Below, one piece after another: positions 63,124 to 64,000 of a stretch of DNA of 64,000 nucleotides. The position numbers and the translations under genes are program-made. The stretch comes from Phoronis australis. Taxonomy: Eukaryota > Animalia > Phoronida. Numbering within the stretch: position 1 is the first letter of the stretch; the number at the start of each line of letters is the position of its first letter. The notes under the pieces are model-generated. The model was not told where the DNA came from. It saw nothing but the letters and a program-made list of their open reading frames with translations, and made no database searches. The stretch lies in assembly GCA_002633005.1 (NCBI GenBank), contig NMRA01000036.1, positions 1,164,139-1,228,138 on the forward strand, written 5' to 3'.

Positions 63124-64000
63124 TGTTGTGATGTTATGGTTTTTTATGACGTCATCCTTTTGCGACGTCATTCTTAATTCCTGTCAACATATTTTACATT
63201 TCTTTTATACGTTTCTGCTTCTTTCTATCACAAAAACATTTCAGATTTTGGTATAGTTGGTAGGATATAAAAAAGATGGGTGAGTTGGCTGGCATTATTT
63301 CGTTATTACAACAACAAATCAACCAACAGCAAGAGAATCATCAGCGTTTTGCTGAGATTATCACTAGTAGGCTGATGCACCAACCAATGACATATACGCC
63401 AACTTTTGGTGCGTTCGGCAGTTCAGTAGAACTCTGTAAGGATTATTGGTCCAGATTCCAAACATTTGCAGGGGCACACTCCATACATATGGAGAAACTT
63501 CCACAAACTTTCTTGCCGAATCAGACGTCTACAGTTTATAAGTTGGTTGCAACTTTGGCAGAGCAGCAGACACCTTCCAAGGATATGAATCAACTGACTA
63601 TCAATGAAATTACAAACTTTATGGAGAATCAATTCGATTCGAAGTATTTGTAGTAAGGAAGCGATTCAAATTTTGGTCTAACACAAGAAGACAGCCAGGT
63701 GAGACAATACAGGAGCTAACAGCTTGTATTCGACAAGACGCTGCAAAATGCGATTTTCCAACAATAAAGGATCCTCAGGATGAAGCTATGAGAACTAGAT
63801 TTATTTGTTCAATTAATTATGAGGTGGACTAAAAGCCCTTTTCAAAATAAAAAAACGACGAATTATCTTTAAAGAAGTCCATAGAAATAGCAACAGAAAT
63901 TGAAGAGGAGTCCAAAGTTGCAAAAGAAACGGTTTACGGAGATCCAGTGCTTAAAGGCGAAGGCAACCTTTTTTCATGTCATTTTGAGGTAAAACAAGGT
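63124..64000 (+). mobile_element. Gypsy LTR retrotransposon 5' part: putative short LTR, primer-binding site and frameshifted gag
   Basis: TGTTGTG start at 63124; TGGTATAGTTGGTAGGAT at 63249 resembles a CpG-decayed tRNA-Ser PBS; gag from 63276 reads KDYWSRFQTF, RFKFWS..RRQPGETIQEL, CDF and MRTRFICSIN. Confidence 0.8.

Overview
AT-rich animal genomic DNA with GT-AG spliceosomal introns and one assembly gap (48244-48503). A marine invertebrate bilaterian is my inference from the gene and repeat content; the sequence does not prove it. Two intact multi-exon genes face each other. (1) On +, a two-RRM SR splicing factor of the SRSF11/SREK1 (SRp54) family: 14 exons from 1 to 19922, with the start codon upstream of the window. 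Its RS domain is built from six frame-symmetric exons. (2) On -, a complete 6-exon, 371-aa GDE1-like glycerophosphodiesterase (55967 to 43751) in which nearly all canonical catalytic residues are replaced, so it is a candidate pseudoenzyme. Between them lies an orphan rhodanese (TST/MPST) exon fragment. The rest is transposon-rich. It includes a Ginger1-type element with a CCGG TSD, hAT-like elements with 5-bp TSDs, Academ-, Kolobok- and Tc1/mariner-like MITEs, RTE-X-like, Penelope-like and Gypsy remnants, and two Helentron-associated (HINE-like) families. One HINE family carries arrays of same-orientation CTCF-like motifs about 146 bp apart. The other is nested inside itself several times. 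All calls were made by eye from the sequence; no database search was run.
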